DNA of 37,979 nucleotides from a candidate division WOR-3 bacterium (GTDB lineage: Bacteria > Hydrothermota > Tepidihabitantia > Tepidihabitantales > CAIPLT01): positions 1-37,979 of the forward strand of contig CBFGJZ010000016.1 of the NCBI GenBank assembly GCA_965649215.1, read 5' to 3'. The position numbers and the translations under genes were made by a program. Below are positions 35,782 to 37,979 of this stretch, one piece after another. The notes under the pieces were generated by a model. The model saw only the letters and a program-made list of their open reading frames with translations. It ran no database searches and was not told the origin of the DNA. How positions within the stretch are numbered: the stretch's first letter is position 1; every line of letters begins with the position of its first letter.

Positions 35782-37979
35782 CGGATAATATCTAATAAAA
35801 TTTTAATAACACGACTTGCAGTGTTTAGAAATCCTCTTTTAAGTTTTGGATAAGTAACAATTGTATATTCTTTAATATGGGCTTTTTCTTGAGCATAGTT
35901 GATTGCATTTATAAGATTACCCAAAGTGTCGGCTAATTTATTTTGTTGAGCTTGATTACCCGTCCAAATTCTCCCTTGTCCAATGGAGTCAACATACTCC
36001 AAGGTTAAATTGCGATATTGAGCAACTTTACTGATAAACTGATGATAGAAATTTTGGAGTTGATTTTGTAAAATAAGTCGTTCGGCATCATTAAATTTCC
36101 GATCCGTTGAAAAAGCATCTGCTCGATCACCGCGTTTTATGGTTTCAGTTGTGATGCCAAGTTTTCGATACATATCCCGAGTTACAATTTTTGCACTAAA
36201 GACACCGATTGAACCAGTAATCGTTGCGGGGGAGACGAAAATTTTATCAGCCATCATTGAAATATAATAACCACCCGATGCAGCTACTGAACCCATTGAA
36301 ACAATCACTGGTTTAGTTTTTTGGGCAAGAGTTAACTCCCGAAAAATTAGATCTGATGCAAAGCCGTCACCGCCGGGCGAATCAACTCTTAAAATAATTG
36401 CTTTAGTATTGTTATCTTTACGAATTTTACGAATAGTTCTTACCATCGTATTTGCACCACAAGTATTACCACCCATAATAAAATCAGAGCTACTTTCACC
36501 TTGAGTAATCTCACCATTAGCATAAAGAAGGGCAATTTTAGGATCTGCAGACCAATTATAATTATATTCTTTGATTTCATTAAATCGCTTTGCGGTTATT
36601 TTGGAAGTTAGTTTATGATCTACTTTGATAAGGCTATCGAGTTCATCTTCGTAGCAAATACCATCAACAAGTTGGTTGGTTTGGGCTTCTTGCGCAGAAT
36701 AAAAACCCACATTAATTTTTTGTTGGACATCTTCAATACTCAGATTTCTTGCTTTTGTGATACTACTGATTATCTGTTCATAAAGATCATCAAGGATTGA
36801 ATTTAAAACTTCGCGGGTTGCAAGCGACATTGTATCTTGGGTGAACATTTCCGGTGCATTTTTATGTTTACCAATACGTTCATAATCATATTCTAATCCG
36901 AGTTTATCAAGTGTGCCTTTTAAAAACAAGGAACGAGTGGAGATACCGGGAATGTGCGTTTCTCCTAAAGGGTGGGTAATAATTTTATGACCACTGCACG
37001 CAAGATAGTAATCAAGCATGCCCATATTGGGCGCATAAACAATGAGTTTTTTATTTTGTTTTTTTAAGTCTTCTAAAGCTAATTTTATCTCTTGCACAAC
37101 AGCAAAACTATATTGAGGATTTTCGATTTTCAAAACAATTCCATTAATCGTTTTGTCTTTTTTAGCTTTATTGATTATTTGTAAAATTTCGTAAGTAGTA
37201 TGATTGGCAGAATTGCCGAAGAGGCTAAAATTACTTTTTTGATCAGCAATGCTTCCGCTTAATTTGATTTCTAAATAACGGGAGGGTAGTTTTGTTAGGG
37301 AATGCCGTTGTTCTTTGGATATTCGAAAATAACCAATTCTTTGACGAGCTGAATTATTCTGAATCGAAGTAACGAAGATGGAACCAATGCTAAGACGTTC
37401 GACATTTATTCCTATCTGGAGGGAGAAACTTGATAGGCTATCAAAAATAATTTTGCTTTTAAGTTCCAATCCATTTATTGGCTCAGTTTCTAAACCAATA
37501 CGTGGCATGTTCCATTCATCGCTGTAAAAATCACAAGTTAGCGTCACTCGATTTGTGAGAGGTCTGATGCCAATACCGCTAATAAATTGATTGGTTGTTT
37601 TATGACCGATATTTTGAACGACTGCTCCTACTGAAAGATACTGCAAAGGGCGATAAAGAATACCAGCATCCCAGAAATTTTTACTATGGATACGCCGATA
37701 AGTTGTTCCGATTAAAAAGTTGTCTGTTAGTTTACTGCCAATACCGACGCGAAAATCAGTCATGTCAATATAAGAAATACCCAGATTATTAATTTGCAAG
37801 ACAAAAGTTTGATTATGCCAAAAATCTCGTTTGGGAATTAAACTATCAGTAGAGCCAAAATCATATAGATAATAAAAATTAAAATCACGACCCACACCGA
37901 GTCCAGCAGGGTTAGCCAGCGTTGCCAATGCATCGTCTGTGGTACTTACTGATAAAGGGGTATTGACTATAAGAATACT
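35778..37979 (-). CDS. sppA: Signal peptide peptidase SppA (67K type, S49) with an extra N-terminal beta-rich domain; 5' end runs off the window
   Basis: Frame is open to the window edge. Tandem S49 domains: YYLAC, LDKLG, GKHKNAPE (catalytic Lys), LRVDSPGG, SMGSVAASGGY (catalytic Ser), TITGSIGV, GRIWTG.QA...LAD.LG. Confidence 0.92.
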   Translation of the reverse strand, partial: SILIVNTPLSVSTTDDALATLANPAGLGVGRDFNFYYLYDFGSTDSLIPKRDFWHNQTFVLQINNLGISYIDMTDFRVGIGSKLTDNFLIGTTYRRIHSKNFWDAGILYRPLQYLSVGAVVQNIGHKTTNQFISGIGIRPLTNRVTLTCDFYSDEWNMPRIGLETEPINGLELKSKIIFDSLSSFSLQIGINVERLSIGSIFVTSIQNNSARQRIGYFRISKEQRHSLTKLPSRYLEIKLSGSIADQKSNFSLFGNSANHTTYEILQIINKAKKDKTINGIVLKIENPQYSFAVVQEIKLALEDLKKQNKKLIVYAPNMGMLDYYLACSGHKIITHPLGETHIPGISTRSLFLKGTLDKLGLEYDYERIGKHKNAPEMFTQDTMSLATREVLNSILDDLYEQIISSITKARNLSIEDVQQKINVGFYSAQEAQTNQLVDGICYEDELDSLIKVDHKLTSKITAKRFNEIKEYNYNWSADPKIALLYANGEITQGESSSDFIMGGNTCGANTMVRTIRKIRKDNNTKAIILRVDSPGGDGFASDLIFRELTLAQKTKPVIVSMGSVAASGGYYISMMADKIFVSPATITGSIGVFSAKIVTRDMYRKLGITTETIKRGDRADAFSTDRKFNDAERLILQNQLQNFYHQFISKVAQYRNLTLEYVDSIGQGRIWTGNQAQQNKLADTLGNLINAINYAQEKAHIKEYTIVTYPKLKRGFLNTASRVIKILLDIIR

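Noticed and set aside
184-37792. Short alternative-frame or antisense ORFs in the track (e.g. 184-474, 1926-2174, 3342-3653, 16678-17031, 28753-29133, 31935-32246, 37595-37792)
   Set aside because: They lie wholly within well-supported genes, show no recognisable motifs, and are the shadow ORFs expected opposite coding sequence.

Overview
AT-rich (roughly one-third GC by eye), gene-dense bacterial chromosome segment using the standard genetic code. I found no rRNA, tRNA, CRISPR array, integrase or transposase. Content, left to right: a CoA-transferase (GctA/B-like) plus two acyl-CoA dehydrogenases; purH and apgM; rpmF-plsX followed by a lipoprotein and a FadL-like barrel; a secreted PPAD-like deiminase next to a gingipain-like C25 protein; pdxJ-secD-secF; pgpA-cinA-thpR; an SDR epimerase; ATP-type PEP carboxykinase; a 1.3-kaa secreted adhesin/Kelch protein; a DUF4175-like/TPR/hypD/hypE operon; and an sppA-BFD-DAO oxidoreductase operon. 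The T9SS/FlgD-like C-terminal domains, 'KGNNTNEFW'-type Kelch repeats and anaerobic peptide-fermentation genes suggest a diderm anaerobe related to the FCB group, plausibly candidate division WOR-3 (inference, not verified). Most notable observations: (1) an adjacent, co-oriented gingipain-like plus PPAD-like secreted pair, with the C25 catalytic His apparently replaced; (2) repeated sigma70 promoters placed so that transcripts would be leaderless; (3) strong enrichment of the Bacteroidota D-S/T O-glycosylation sequon in exported proteins only; (4) an ACAD paralog missing its inter-subunit FAD-binding motifs, suggesting a heteromeric ACAD; (5) SppA fused to an N-terminal barrel-like domain; (6) a sigma54 promoter upstream of the C25 gene. 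All family calls come from motif recognition by eye; no searches were run.
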